Assembly: GCA_038087875.1 (NCBI GenBank)
Contig: CM075994.1
Location: forward strand, 744,001 to 808,000
DNA from: Malacoraja senta
Lineage: Eukaryota
Length of the DNA: 64,000 bases
Direction: 5' to 3'
Made by a program: the position numbers and the translations under genes. Positions 1 through 10,403 of this stretch are shown one piece after another. The notes beneath the pieces are model-generated. The model saw nothing but the letters and a program-made list of their open reading frames with translations, did not search any database and was not told the DNA's origin. Position 1 is the first letter of the stretch. Every line of letters begins with the position of its first letter.

Positions 1-1450
1 ACGCGCCCGGGGATGCCGTCGGGGCCAGCAGCCTTACGTGCATTAGTCCTACTCAGTGCCACGTACACGTCGTAGGGGGTGAGTGAGAGGGGCTGGTGAT
101 CGGCAGGGAGCACCGCCTTGATGGCCAACTGCCGATTGTCCCTATGGAAGCGGCCATAGAAGTGGTTAAGCTCCTCAAGGAAGGAGGCGTTGCTGGATGT
201 GGGGGTGGTGTTGGTGGGTCTAAAGTCCATGATGGCCTGGATGCCTTGCCACATGCGTCGGGGGTCGGAGTTGTTGTTGAAGTGCTCCTCAATCCTGAGC
301 TTATGGCAGTGCTTGGCCTTCTTTATGCCCTTCTTCAGGTTCGCCCTGGATGAACTATAGGCTCGGGCATCGCCTGATCTGAAAGCGGTGTCCCGTGCTT
401 TCAGCAGTAGCCTGACCTCGCTGTTCATCCATGGCTTCTGATTCGGGAATATGGTCACCCGTTTGAGGGAGGTGACACTGTTGATGGTGGAGATTATAAA
501 GTCCAGAACAGTCAAGGGTGGCCTGGGCTGCAAACGCCTTCCAGTCAGTGTTTCCAAAACACTGCTGAAGTGTGATGTACGCATCCACTGACCAGACTTT
601 AACTGTCCTCACAGTGCGTTTAACCCGTCTGATGAGTGGGGAACACTTTGGGAGCAGGAACAATGAGAGGTGATCAGACTGTCCAAGGTGGGGGAGTGGG
701 ACTGCTTTGTAAGCTACAGCCATGTTGGTGTAGACTTTGTCCAGTGTCTTGTCTTCTCTAGTGGCGAAGGAGACATGTTGGTGGAATTTGGGGAGTACAG
801 TCTTCAGGTTGGAGTGATTGAAGTCACCCGCAACAACGAAGGCTGCCTCGGGGTTGTGAGTCTGTTGTTTGCTAATGGCAGTATGCAGATCTTTCATTGC
901 AAGCTTGGCATTAGCATCAGGAGGAATATAGGCTGCAGTCACAACAGTGGAGGTAAACTCTCTGGGCAGATAGAACGGTCTGCAACTAACCAAGAGGAAC
1001 TCTAGGTTAGCTGAGCAGTGACTCTCGATGATGGTGGTGTCCGTGCACCATGCTTTGTTTACATAAATGCACAGACCTCCACCTCTGGTCTTTCCGGAGT
1101 CTGTTGTCCTGTCCGCTCGGAGTAAATGCCGGCCCGTTAGCTGGATGGCGCTGTCAGGAACGTCGGTGTTGAGCCAAGTTTCAGTGACGATCAAGATGCT
1201 GCAGTCTTTGATCCAGTTGTGGGAGGTGATCCTTAGCCGGAGTTCGTCCATTTTGCTTGCAAGTGAACGCACGTTGGCGAGGAAAAGGCTAGGAATCGCT
1301 AGCCTGTGTGGGACTAGCTCTAACCTGGCCTTTAACCCACCTCTGCGTCCCCGGCGGTGCTTCCGTTCACGTCGCCGTCTGTTGGTGCTTCCGGTCGGCC
1401 GAGCTGGTGCGCGCTGGTGTTCTGCCGCCCCGCGACTCCGCTGGCGTTCT
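1..1450 (-). mobile_element. Rex1/Babar-type LINE, 5' (endonuclease) part, cut by the window edge; ~32-bp internal deletion near 510
   Basis: LANVRSL..KMDEL, TETWL, AGDFN and SDH motifs; nearly identical to the downstream copies. Confidence 0.88.
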
Positions 1451-1750
1451 ACTAGTTTACTAGTTTAGTTTAGTTAGTGTAATCACTAGTTTAGTTTAGT
1501 AAGTGTGCTTTAGTTAATTTAATTTAGTTAGTTTGCTTTAGTTAGTTTACTTTAGTGTATTAGTTTGCTTTAATTAGTTATGTTATCATTAATCTAGTTT
1601 AGTTTTGTTTTGTTCCATTTCATTATGTTCCGTTCAATTTCATTTAGCCAAGTTAGTTTAGTTTAATTTAGTTTAGTTTAATTTAGTTTAGTTTAGTCTA
1701 TTCTAGTCGAGTATAGTTTAGTTTTGATTCGTTTATTTTAGGTTAGTTGA
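1451..1750. repeat. Degenerate (TTTAG)n low-complexity tract; copies at ~17963-18260, 29770-30068, 41277-41575, 52359-52657 and 61201-61465
   Basis: Read directly from the sequence. Confidence 0.93.
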
Positions 1751-1929
1751 GTGGTACAGCTCGGAAACTTGATCTGAAACTTGATCTGAAAAGCCACATC
1801 ATCACATTCAGGCACAGTTTCTTCCCAGCTGTTATCAGGCAATTGATACACCCTAGCATAACCAGAGAGCAGTCCTGAACTACTATCTACCCTTTTGGTG
1901 ACCCTTGGTCTATCCTCTATCAGATTTCG

Positions 1930-2705
1930 ATGTCCGGAAGTGGCGGCGCTGCCCAAGCAGCTGCGGCTGACCTGCAGTCCGTTTGTCTTTTCTTTTTGTC
2001 CAGTTGTTTAGTTTATTTCGTTTATTTTAGTTGTGTATGTGTGGGGGGAATGGGAGAAATTGTCTTTAGTCTCCTCCATCGGGGGGGGGGGGGGTGCGAC
2101 ATTTTCTTGTCGTATCCCCAGTCTCCGTCTCGGTCTGCGCTGAGGCCTAATCGGGGAGCTGGCGGCCTCCAACAGGGACCGACCTCGAGGCTCCGAAGGC
2201 AGAGCCAGGACTTACCATCGCGAGGCTGGCCGATTTCGGGGCTGTGGTGGCGGCGACCCGACTTCGGAGCCTCGGAGGCTCGGCCGCGGGCCCAGTGGAC
2301 GACAACGTCGGGAGCTCGCAGGTCCCAGGTTGGTGACCGATTCTCCGGAGCTCCCGCAACATCAGCTTCGTCCGCTGGACTGGTGGGTGGCAGCTTCGGC
2401 AGCTTCGACCGCCCCGGGCCACGGAGTTTGAACCAGCCCGTTCGCGGAGCTCGGATGCAGCCGCTGGGAGGCCCAACACCGGAAGCCTGGATCGCCTCAA
2501 AGTAGAGGGAGACGAGGAGGGAAATGACAAGGACTTTAAGATTTTTGCCTTCCATCACAATGAGGAGGTGCCTGGTAGACTCACTGTGGTGGATGTTAAA
2601 CTGTGTTAACTGTGTGTTTTGTTATTTTATTCTATGTTATGACTGCAAGGTATACAATTTCGCTCAGACTGAAATGTCTAAATGACAATAAAGGATACTT
2701 AAATT
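1930..2705 (+). mobile_element. Unclassified GC/CpG-rich, probably non-autonomous retroelement; copies at ~18441-19225, 30253-31028, 41755-42540, 52837-53606 and 61645-62406
   Basis: Starts CCGGAAGTGGCGGCG, has a CpG-rich core, and ends with CAGACTGAAATGTCTAAATGACAATAAA, a LINE-like 3' end. No ORF is conserved between copies. Confidence 0.5.
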
Positions 2706-2724
2706 GCTTCAATTTAAGACGGTT

Positions 2725-2885
2725 AAGACGGACAGAGCGGAGGTGTTCAACAAAACGATCGCCGAGCCTGCGCTTGGTCTCGCCGATGTGCGGAGGTTGA
2801 CATCTGGGACAGCGGATACAGTAGATGAGGTTGTAGGAGATGCAAGTGAACCTCTGCCTCACCTGAAAAGACTGTCGGGGTGAGG
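2725..2885 (-). mobile_element. Penelope-like element fragment (GIY-YIG endonuclease); copies at ~19245-19400, 31047-31203, 42560-42720, 53625-53782 and 62427-62583
   Basis: Translation FQVRQRFTCISYNLIYCIRCPRC...IGETKRRLGDRFVEHLRSV. Confidence 0.85.
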
Positions 2886-2949
2886 AGGTGCAAATGCAGA
2901 TGAAGCAGAGGTTGACTGGCATCTCCTCCAACATCATCTACAGGGCCGA

Positions 2950-3170
2950 GGTTAGATTCCGACTATGGGTGCTGTCTGTAAGTTCTCCCGTTGACCTGCG
3001 TCAGAGATGTTCGGTTAATTGGCTTGGTAGAAATGTAAATTGTCCCTAGTGTGTGCGGGATCGTGTCAACGTGCGGGTATCGTTGGTCGGCACGGACTCG
3101 GTGGGCCGAAGGGCCTGTTCCACGCTGCATCTCTAAACTAAACTAAACTAAACGAAGCTAAAACTAAAAG
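2950..3170 (+). mobile_element. 5'-truncated tRNA-derived SINE (HE1/V-SINE-like) with CR1-type 3' end and (CTAAA)n tail; copies at ~19470-19725, 31272-31527, 42788-43040, 53850-54107 and 62650-62908
   Basis: Central domain (GGTTTCCTCCCACACTCCAAAGAC in the other copies) and a GGGCCGAAGGGCCTGTT...CTCTAAACTAAACTAAA end. Confidence 0.75.
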
Positions 3171-3409
3171 TTAGTGACGCCAAATGTATTAATGGCAAGT
3201 CTGTATGTATTGGATATATAATGGTAATAACAGCGAGCATGTCAAATGGTCTGCCTATCGTCTTCTGAAACCTCAAGGAGCGGAGTTCAAAGGTAGGGAA
3301 CATGAATAGGTTGACAACAGGTACTAACTGGCACCTTGTTTTAATGTATTGATGAATTGTACACCTTCAATAGCTTTTGGGATACCCACATGAGTCAGTG
3401 TGTTCTCTA

Positions 3410-4010
3410 GTCATAACAAGAGGAGTCGAGTATGTGAGCAAAGAGGTCCTTCTGCAGTGGTACAGGGCACTAGTGAGACGACACCTGGAGTATTGTGAGC
3501 AGTTTTGGTCCCCTTATTTGAGGAAGGAAATTCTTGCTATTGAGGGAGTGCAGCGTAGGTATACAAGGTTAATTCCCCGGATGGCGGGACTGTCATATGC
3601 TGAGAGAATGGTGCGGCTGGGCTTATATACTCTCGAATTTAGATGAGAGGGGATCTTTTTTAACATATAAGATTATTAAGGGTTTGGACATGCTAGAGGC
3701 AGGACACGTGTTGGGGGCGTCCAGAACCAGGGGCCACAGTTTAAGACTGAGGGGTAAGCCATTTAGAACGGAGATGAGAAAACACCTTTTCACACAGAGA
3801 GCTGTGATTCTGTGGAATTCTCTGCCTGTGGAGGCTGGTTCTCTGGATACTGTCAAGAGAAAGCTAGATCGGGCTCTTAAAGATAGCGGAGTCAGGGGAT
3901 ATGTTGAGAAGGCAGGAACGGAGTACTGATTGGGGATGATCAGCCATGGTCACATTGAATGGCGGTGCTAGTTCGACGGGCCGAATGGCCCACTCCTGCG
4001 TTTATTCTCT
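3410..4010 (+). mobile_element. Older 5'-truncated CR1 3' fragment
   Basis: Frameshifted RT C-terminus (EYCEQFWSP, RTRGHSL, LWNSLP, EKAGTEY) followed by a CR1 3' UTR and TCTATAG tail. Confidence 0.88.
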
Positions 4011-4155
4011 ATAGAAACATTGAAATAATATTCCATTTCGTGTCCCGTTGTGAAACAGTGAATTCAGTGACTGCAGTTTATGTTATTTACTCCGTGCAGA
4101 CGAGATTTCTCCCCGCTTCGAATGGACCCAATGAGAACAAAGTTTGTAAAGAACA

Positions 4156-5508
4156 AATGGCTCAATGGTTCATTGGTTCAATGGCTCTATGGTTCAACGA
4201 TTCAATGGCTCAATGGTTCAATGGCTTAATGGCTAAATGGCTCAATGGCTCTATGGTTCAACGATTCAATGGCTCAATGGTTCAATGGCTCCATGATTCA
4301 ATGGCTCGATGGCTCAATGGTTCAATGATTCAATGATTCAATGATTCAATGATTCCAAATTTCTCAATGATTCAATGGCTCAATGGTTCAATGATTCAAT
4401 GGTTCAATTATTTAATGGTTCAGTGGTTCAATGGTTCAATGATTCAGTGATTCAATGATTCAATGGCTCAATCGTTCAATGGCTCAACGGTTCAATGGCT
4501 CAATGGCTCAACGGTTCAACGGTTCAATGATTCAATGATTCAATGATTCAATGAATCAATCGTTCAATGGCTCTATGGCTCAATGGCTCAATGGCTCAAC
4601 GGTTCAATGATTCAATGATTTAATGATTCAATGATTCAATGGCTCAATGGTTCAATGGTTCAATGGCTCAATGGTTCAATGATTCAATGATTCAAAATTT
4701 CTCAATGATTCAATGATTCAACGATTCCATGATTCAATGGTTCAATGGTTCGATGTTTTGATGGCTCAATGATACAATTGTTCAATGATTCGATGGTTCA
4801 ATGATTCGATGATTCAATGGTTCAATGGTTCAATGGCTCAATGGCTCAATAGCTCAACGGTTCAATGATTCAATGATCCAATGATTCATTGGTTCAATGG
4901 TTCTGTGGTTCAATGATTCAATTAATGTTATTTACTCCGTGCAGACGAGATTTGTCCCCGCTTCGAATGGACCCAATGAGAACAGAGTTTGTGATCAACC
5001 AGATTAAAGGACAAATGGCTCAATGATTCAATGGTTCAATGGCTCAATGGCTCAATCGTTCAATGGTTCAATGATTCAATGGCTCAATCGTTCAATGATT
5101 CAATGATTCCTTGTTTCAATGGTTCAATGGCTTTTGGTCTGAGTGCAGGTAGATGGGACTAGGTGAGAGTAAGCGTTCGGCACGGACTACAAGGGCCGAG
5201 ATGGCCTGTTTCCTTGCTGTAATTGTTATATAGTTATATGGTTATAATGGTTCAATGGTTGAATGATTCAATGGTTCAATGGCTTATTGGTTCAATGGCT
5301 CAATAATTCAATGAGTCAATGATTCAATGATTCAAAGGCTCAATAGTTCAATTGTTCAATGATTCAATGATTCAAAGGCACAATGGTTCAATGGATCATT
5401 GGTTCAATGATTCAATGGCTCAATGGTTCAATGATTGAATGGTTCAATGGCTCAATGGCTCAATGGCTGACTGGTTCAATGATTCAATGGTTCACTGGCT
5501 GAATGGTT
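4156..5508. repeat. Octamer minisatellite (TTCAATGG/CTCAATGG/TTCAATGA), resuming at 10501-10580 after the CR1 insertion
   Basis: Read directly. It is interrupted by a duplicated ~85-bp spacer (~4927-5012) and a short LINE 3'-end relic (~5137-5245). Confidence 0.96.
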
Positions 5509-5513
5509 CACTG

Positions 5514-6131
5514 ACAGAGGTCCGAAAGCCGTTGGAGAGTTCGCTGAGGGAGGAGCTACAACCGAGCGGTAGGACTTAAAAAGGAGCGCGGGGGCTTGTT
5601 CCTTACAGAGGTCCGAAAGCCGTTGGAGAGGTCGCTGAGGGAGGAGCTACAACCGAGCGGTAGGACTTAAAAAGGAGCGCGGGGGCTTGTTCCTTACAGA
5701 GGTCCGAAAGCCGTTGGAGAGGTCGCTGAGGGAGGAGCTACAACCGAGCGGTAGGACTTAAAAAGGAGCGCGGGGGCTTGTTCCTTACAGAGGTCCGAAA
5801 GCCGTTGGAGAGGTCGCTGAGGGAGGAGCTACAACCGAGCGGTAGGACTTAAAAAGGAGCGCGGGGGCTTGTTCCTTACAGAGGTCCGAAAGCCGTTGGA
5901 GAGGTCGCTGAGGGAGGAGCTACAACCGAGCGGTAGGACTTAAAAAGGAGCGCGGGGGCTTGTTCCTTACAGAGGTCCGAAAGCCGTTGGAGAGGTCGCT
6001 GAGGGAGGAGCTACAACCGAGCGGTAGGACTTAAAAAGGAGCGCGGGGGCTTGTTCCTTACAGAGGTCCGAAAGCCGTTGGAGAGGTCGCTGAGGGAGGA
6101 GCTACAACCGAGCGGTAGGACTTAAAAAGGA
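5514..6131 (+). repeat. 91-bp tandem monomers (~6.8 copies) forming the CR1 5' end
   Basis: ACAGAGG starts recur at 5514, 5605, 5696, 5787, 5878, 5969 and 6060. The copies are identical except for one substitution in the first. Confidence 0.97.
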
Positions 6132-6245
6132 ACCCAAATCGGCAACGTTCCACTTCAAAAACAAGTGGGTTTGAGGAAGCCGCTGATTGGTGGACGCAGA
6201 TAAGAGAGAGCAGCTGATTGGGAGTCAGATCCCTGCTGATTGTAC

Positions 6246-6325
6246 TGTATTGTAGCAGTTTGTTTTGTATTGTAGCAGTTTGTTTTGTATTGTAGCAGTT
6301 TGTTTTGTATTGTAGCAGTTTGTTT
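6246..6325 (+). repeat. 20-bp tandem repeat x4 (TGTATTGTAGCAGTTTGTTT) in the CR1 5' UTR
   Basis: Read directly from the sequence. Confidence 0.95.
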
Positions 6326-6351
6326 TATATTCTATCCAGGGTAAGGGGAGT

Positions 6352-7287
6352 ATGACGGCCAGGGCAGTTTACTGTTCTGGATGTCAGATGTGGGAAGTCA
6401 TGGAGTCTGTTAGCCCTCCAGACGTCCACATCTGCGCCAGGTGTATCGAGATGGGGCTCCTAATGGACCGTATTAGGAACCTGGAGCAGCAGCTCGATGA
6501 CCTCCGTCTGGTCAGGGAGAGCGAGGAAGTCATTGAGAGGAGTTACAGGGATGTGGTCACTCCAACACCACAGGAGGCAGGCAAGTGGATCACGGTTGGG
6601 AGAGGCAAGGGGCACAGGCAGGGACTAGAGAGTACCCCGGTGGCTGTACACCTTGACAATAAGTACTCCTGTTTGAGCACTGTTGGGGTGGACAGCCTAC
6701 CTGGGGGTAGCGACAGCGGCCGGGCCTCCGGTATAGAGACCGGTCCTGTTGCTCAGAAGGGTAAGGAAAAGAAGAGGAGGGCAATATTAATAGGGGACTC
6801 TATAGTTAGGGGGTCAGACAGGCGATTCTGTGGACGCAGTCGGGAGACCCGGATGGTAGTTTGCCTCCCTGGTGCCAGGGTCTGTGATGTGTCCCAACGT
6901 ATCCAAGACATCCTGAAAGGGCAGGGAGAGGAGCCCGAGGTCGTGATACATATAGGTACCAATGACATAGGTAAAAAAAGAGAAGAGGTCCTGAAAGGAG
7001 AATTTAGGGAGTTAGGAGGGGAGTTAAAGAGAAGGACAGCAAAGGTAACAATCTCGGGATTACTGCCTGTACCACGCGACAGTGAGAGTAGGAATGGAGC
7101 GAGGTGGAGGATAAATGCGTGGCTGAAGGACTGGTGCAGAAGGCAGGGATTCAAATTTCTGGATCATTGGGACTTCTTTTGTGGAAGGTTCGACCTGTAC
7201 AAAAAGGATGGGTTGCACTTGAACCTGAGGGGGACCGATATCCTGGCGGGGAGATCTGCAAAGGCTACTGGGGAGACTTTAAACTAG
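6352..7287 (+). CDS. CR1 ORF1p: N-terminal zinc-finger/coiled coil plus SGNH/GDSL esterase-like domain
   Basis: CxxC...CxxC, heptad LEQQLDDLR, and GDSIVR, PGARV, HIGTND and DGLHLN blocks typical of CR1 ORF1 esterases. Confidence 0.92.
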   Translation: MTARAVYCSGCQMWEVMESVSPPDVHICARCIEMGLLMDRIRNLEQQLDDLRLVRESEEVIERSYRDVVTPTPQEAGKWITVGRGKGHRQGLESTPVAVHLDNKYSCLSTVGVDSLPGGSDSGRASGIETGPVAQKGKEKKRRAILIGDSIVRGSDRRFCGRSRETRMVVCLPGARVCDVSQRIQDILKGQGEEPEVVIHIGTNDIGKKREEVLKGEFRELGGELKRRTAKVTISGLLPVPRDSESRNGARWRINAWLKDWCRRQGFKFLDHWDFFCGRFDLYKKDGLHLNLRGTDILAGRSAKATGETLN

Positions 7288-10200
7288 AATGGTTGGGGGG
7301 AGGGACTCAAATAGAGAATGCTATTAGACAGTGTGTGAGGCAGGAGGCAGAGAAGGAAAGCACTCAGACCCAACATGTAGGGGGGAAAGAAGAAAACAAT
7401 AATAAAGAGAGAATAAGAGGTGGTGGGGTTCTTAAATGGGTGAGCAGAGAAACAGAGGGGTGTAAAATGCGGGCGGAAGCAATAGGTAGCAAGGTGAAAG
7501 GTAAAAGTGGCAGGCAGACAAATCCAGGACAAAAATCAAAAAGAGCCACTTTTCAACATAATTGTATAAGGGGTAAGAGCGTTGTAAAAACAAGTCTGAA
7601 GGCTTTGTGTCTCAATGCAAGGAGCATTCGTAATAAGGTGGATGAGTTGAACGTGCAGATAGCAATTAATGATTATGATATAGTTGGGATCACGGAGACA
7701 TGGCTCCAAGGTGACCAAGGCTGGGAGCTGAACATCCAGGGATATTCAATATTCAGGAGGGATAGAGAGAAAGGAAAAGGAGGTGGGGTGGCGTTGCTGG
7801 TTAGAGAGGAGATTAACGCAGTGGAAAGGAAGGACATTAGCTTGGAGGATGTGGAATCGGTATGGGTAGAGCTGCGAAACACTAAGGGGCAGAAAACGCT
7901 GGTGGGCGTTGTGTACAGGCCACCTAGCAGTAGTAGTGAAGTTGGGGATGGCATCAAACAGGAAATTAGAAATGCGTGCAACAAAGGCAAAACAGTTATA
8001 ATGGGTGACTTCAATCTACATATAGATTGGGTGAATCAAATTGGCAGGGGTGCTGAGGAAGAGGATTTCTTGGAATGTATGAGGGATAGTTATCTAAACC
8101 AACATGTAGAGGAACCAACGAGAGAGCAGGCTATTCTAGACGGGGTATTGAGTAATGAGGAAGGGTTAGTTAGCAGACTTGTTGTGCGTGCCCCCTTGGG
8201 CAAGAGTGATCATAATATGGTAGAGTTCTTCATTAGGATGGAGAGTGACATTGTTAATTCAGAAACAACGGTTCTGAACTTAAAGAAAGGTAACTTTGAG
8301 GGTATGATACATGAATTGGCCAAGATTGACTGGCAATTAGTTCTAAAAGGGTTGACGGTGGATATGCAATGGAAGGCATTTAAAGACTGCATGGATGAAC
8401 TACAAAAATTGTTCATCCCAGTTTGGCAAAAGAATAAATCAAGGAAGGTAGTGCATCCGTGGATAACAAGGGAAATCAGGGATAGTATCAAAGCAAAAGA
8501 TGATGCGTACAAATTAGCCAGAAAAAGCAGCATACCAGAGGACTGGGAGAAATTCAGAGACCAGCAGAGGAGGACAAAGGGCTTAATTAGGAAAGGGAAA
8601 ATAGATTATGAAAGGAAACTGGCAGGGAACATAAAAACTGACTGCAAAAGTTTTTATAGATATGTGAAGAGAAAGAGATTAGTTAAATCAAATGTAGGTC
8701 CCTTGCAGTCAGAAACAGGTGAATTGATCATGGGGAACAAGGATATGGCAGACCAATTGAATAACTACTTTGGTTCCGTCTTCACTAAGGAAGACATAAA
8801 TAATCTGCCGGAAATAGCAGGGGGCCGCGGGTCAAAGGAGATGGAGGAACTGAGTGAAATCCAGGTTAGTCGGGAAGTGGTGTTGGGTAAATTGAATGGA
8901 TTAAAGGCCGATAAATCACCAGGGCCAGATAGGCTGCATCCCAGAGTACTTAAGGAAGTAGCTCCAGAAATAGTGGATGCATTAGTGATAATTTTTCAAA
9001 ACTCTTTAGATTCTGGAGTAGTTCCTGAGGATTGGAGGGTAGCAAACGTAACCCCGCTTTTTAAGAAGGGAGGGAGAGAGAAAACGGGGAATTACAGACC
9101 AGTTAGTCTAACATCGGTAGTGGGGAAACTGCTAGAGTCAGTTATTAAAGATGGGATAGCAGCACATTTGGAAAGTGGTGAAATCATTGGACAAAGTCAG
9201 CATGGATTTACGAAAGGTAAATCGTGTCTGACGAATCTTATAGAATTTTTCGAGGATGTAACTAGTAGAGTGGATAGGGGAGAACCAGTGGATGTGTTGT
9301 ATCTGGACTTTCAGAAGGCTTTCGACAAGGTACCACATAAGAGATTAGGATACAAACTTAAATCACACGGTATTGGGGGTTCAGTATTGATGTGGATAGA
9401 GAACTGGCTGGCAAACAGGAAGCAAAGAGTAGGAGTAAACGGGTCCTTTTCACAATGGCAGGCAGTGACTAGTGGGGTACCACAAGGCTCAGTGCTGGGA
9501 CCCCAGCTATTTACAATTTATATTAATGATCTGGACGAGGGAATTGAAAGCAACATCTCCAAGTTTGCGGATGACACTAAGCTGGGGGGCAGTGTTAGCT
9601 GTGAGGAGGATGCTAGGAGACTGCAAGGTGACTTGGATAGGCTGGGTGAGTGGGCAAATGTTTGGCAGATGCAGTATAATGTGGATAAATGTGAGGTTAT
9701 CCACTTTGGTAGCAAAAACGGGAAGGCAGACTATTATCTAAATGGTGGCCGATTAGGAAATGGGGAGATGCAGCGAGACCTGGGTGTCATGGTACACCAG
9801 TCATTGAAAGTAGGCATGCAGGTGCAGCAGGCAGTGAAGAAAGCGAATGGTATGTTGGCCTTCATAGCAAGAGGATTTGAGTATAGGAGCAGTGAGGTTC
9901 TACTGCAGTTGTACAGGGTCTTGGTGAGACCACACCTGGAGTATTGCGTACAGTTTTGGTCTCCAAATCTGAGGAAGGACATTATAGCCATAGAGGGAGT
10001 GCAGAGAAGGTTCACCAGACTGATTCCTGGGATGGCAGGACTTTCATATGAAGAAAGACTGGATAGACTTGGCTTATACTCGCTAGAATTTAGGAGATTG
10101 AGAGGGGATCTTATAGAAACGTACAAGATTCTTATGGGGTTGGACAGGCTAGATGCAGGAAGATTGTTCCCGATGTTGGGGAAGTCCAGGACAAGGGGTC

Positions 10201-10403
10201 ACAGCTTAAGGATAAGGGGAAAATCCTTTAAGACCGAGATGAGGAAAAACTTTTTCACACAGAGAGTGGTGAATCTCTGGAACTCTCTGCCACAGAGGGT
10301 AGTTGAGGCCAGTTCATTGGCTATATTTAAGAGGGAATTAGATGTGGCCCTTGTGGCTAAAGGGATCAGGGGGTATGGAGAGAAGGCAGGTACGGGATAC
10401 TGA
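7278..10403 (+). CDS. CR1 ORF2p: APE endonuclease plus reverse transcriptase (start uncertain: -1 frameshift at 7278-7284, or ATG at 7467)
   Basis: Endonuclease motifs NARS, ITETW, MGDFN and SDH; RT motifs LDFQKAFD, GVPQGSVLGP and FADD. No internal stops. Confidence 0.93.
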   Translation, partial: FKLEWLGGGTQIENAIRQCVRQEAEKESTQTQHVGGKEENNNKERIRGGGVLKWVSRETEGCKMRAEAIGSKVKGKSGRQTNPGQKSKRATFQHNCIRGKSVVKTSLKALCLNARSIRNKVDELNVQIAINDYDIVGITETWLQGDQGWELNIQGYSIFRRDREKGKGGGVALLVREEINAVERKDISLEDVESVWVELRNTKGQKTLVGVVYRPPSSSSEVGDGIKQEIRNACNKGKTVIMGDFNLHIDWVNQIGRGAEEEDFLECMRDSYLNQHVEEPTREQAILDGVLSNEEGLVSRLVVRAPLGKSDHNMVEFFIRMESDIVNSETTVLNLKKGNFEGMIHELAKIDWQLVLKGLTVDMQWKAFKDCMDELQKLFIPVWQKNKSRKVVHPWITREIRDSIKAKDDAYKLARKSSIPEDWEKFRDQQRRTKGLIRKGKIDYERKLAGNIKTDCKSFYRYVKRKRLVKSNVGPLQSETGELIMGNKDMADQLNNYFGSVFTKEDINNLPEIAGGRGSKEMEELSEIQVSREVVLGKLNGLKADKSPGPDRLHPRVLKEVAPEIVDALVIIFQNSLDSGVVPEDWRVANVTPLFKKGGREKTGNYRPVSLTSVVGKLLESVIKDGIAAHLESGEIIGQSQHGFTKGKSCLTNLIEFFEDVTSRVDRGEPVDVLYLDFQKAFDKVPHKRLGYKLKSHGIGGSVLMWIENWLANRKQRVGVNGSFSQWQAVTSGVPQGSVLGPQLFTIYINDLDEGIESNISKFADDTKLGGSVSCEEDARRLQGDLDRLGEWANVWQMQYNVDKCEVIHFGSKNGKADYYLNGGRLGNGEMQRDLGVMVHQSLKVGMQVQQAVKKANGMLAFIARGFEYRSSEVLLQLYRVLVRPHLEYCVQFWSPNLRKDIIAIEGVQRRFTRLIPGMAGLSYEERLDRLGLYSLEFRRLRGDLIETYKILMGLDRLDAGRLFPMLGKSRTRGHSLRIRGKSFKTEMRKNFFTQRVVNLWNSLPQRVVEASSLAIFKRELDVALVAKGIRGYGEKAGTGY

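Noticed and set aside
1451..1750. Telomeric repeat
   Set aside because: The unit is degenerate TTTAG, not TTAGGG, and it matches the reverse complement of the SINE (CTAAA)n tail.
1930..2558. 170-210 aa ORFs in the GC-rich element
   Set aside because: Frames and ends differ among the six copies, and no domain is recognisable.
3959..4336. MAQWFNGS-repeat ORFs
   Set aside because: Translation of the octamer minisatellite.
5514..6131. 91-bp repeats as a CRISPR array or hammerhead ribozymes
   Set aside because: There are no unique spacers and the context is eukaryotic. GAAA follows a helix, but no CUGANGA core precedes that helix.
7104..7277. GTG start for a 1099-aa ORF2
   Set aside because: It lies within the ORF1 esterase coding region. 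It is an ORF-caller extension with no support as a eukaryotic start.
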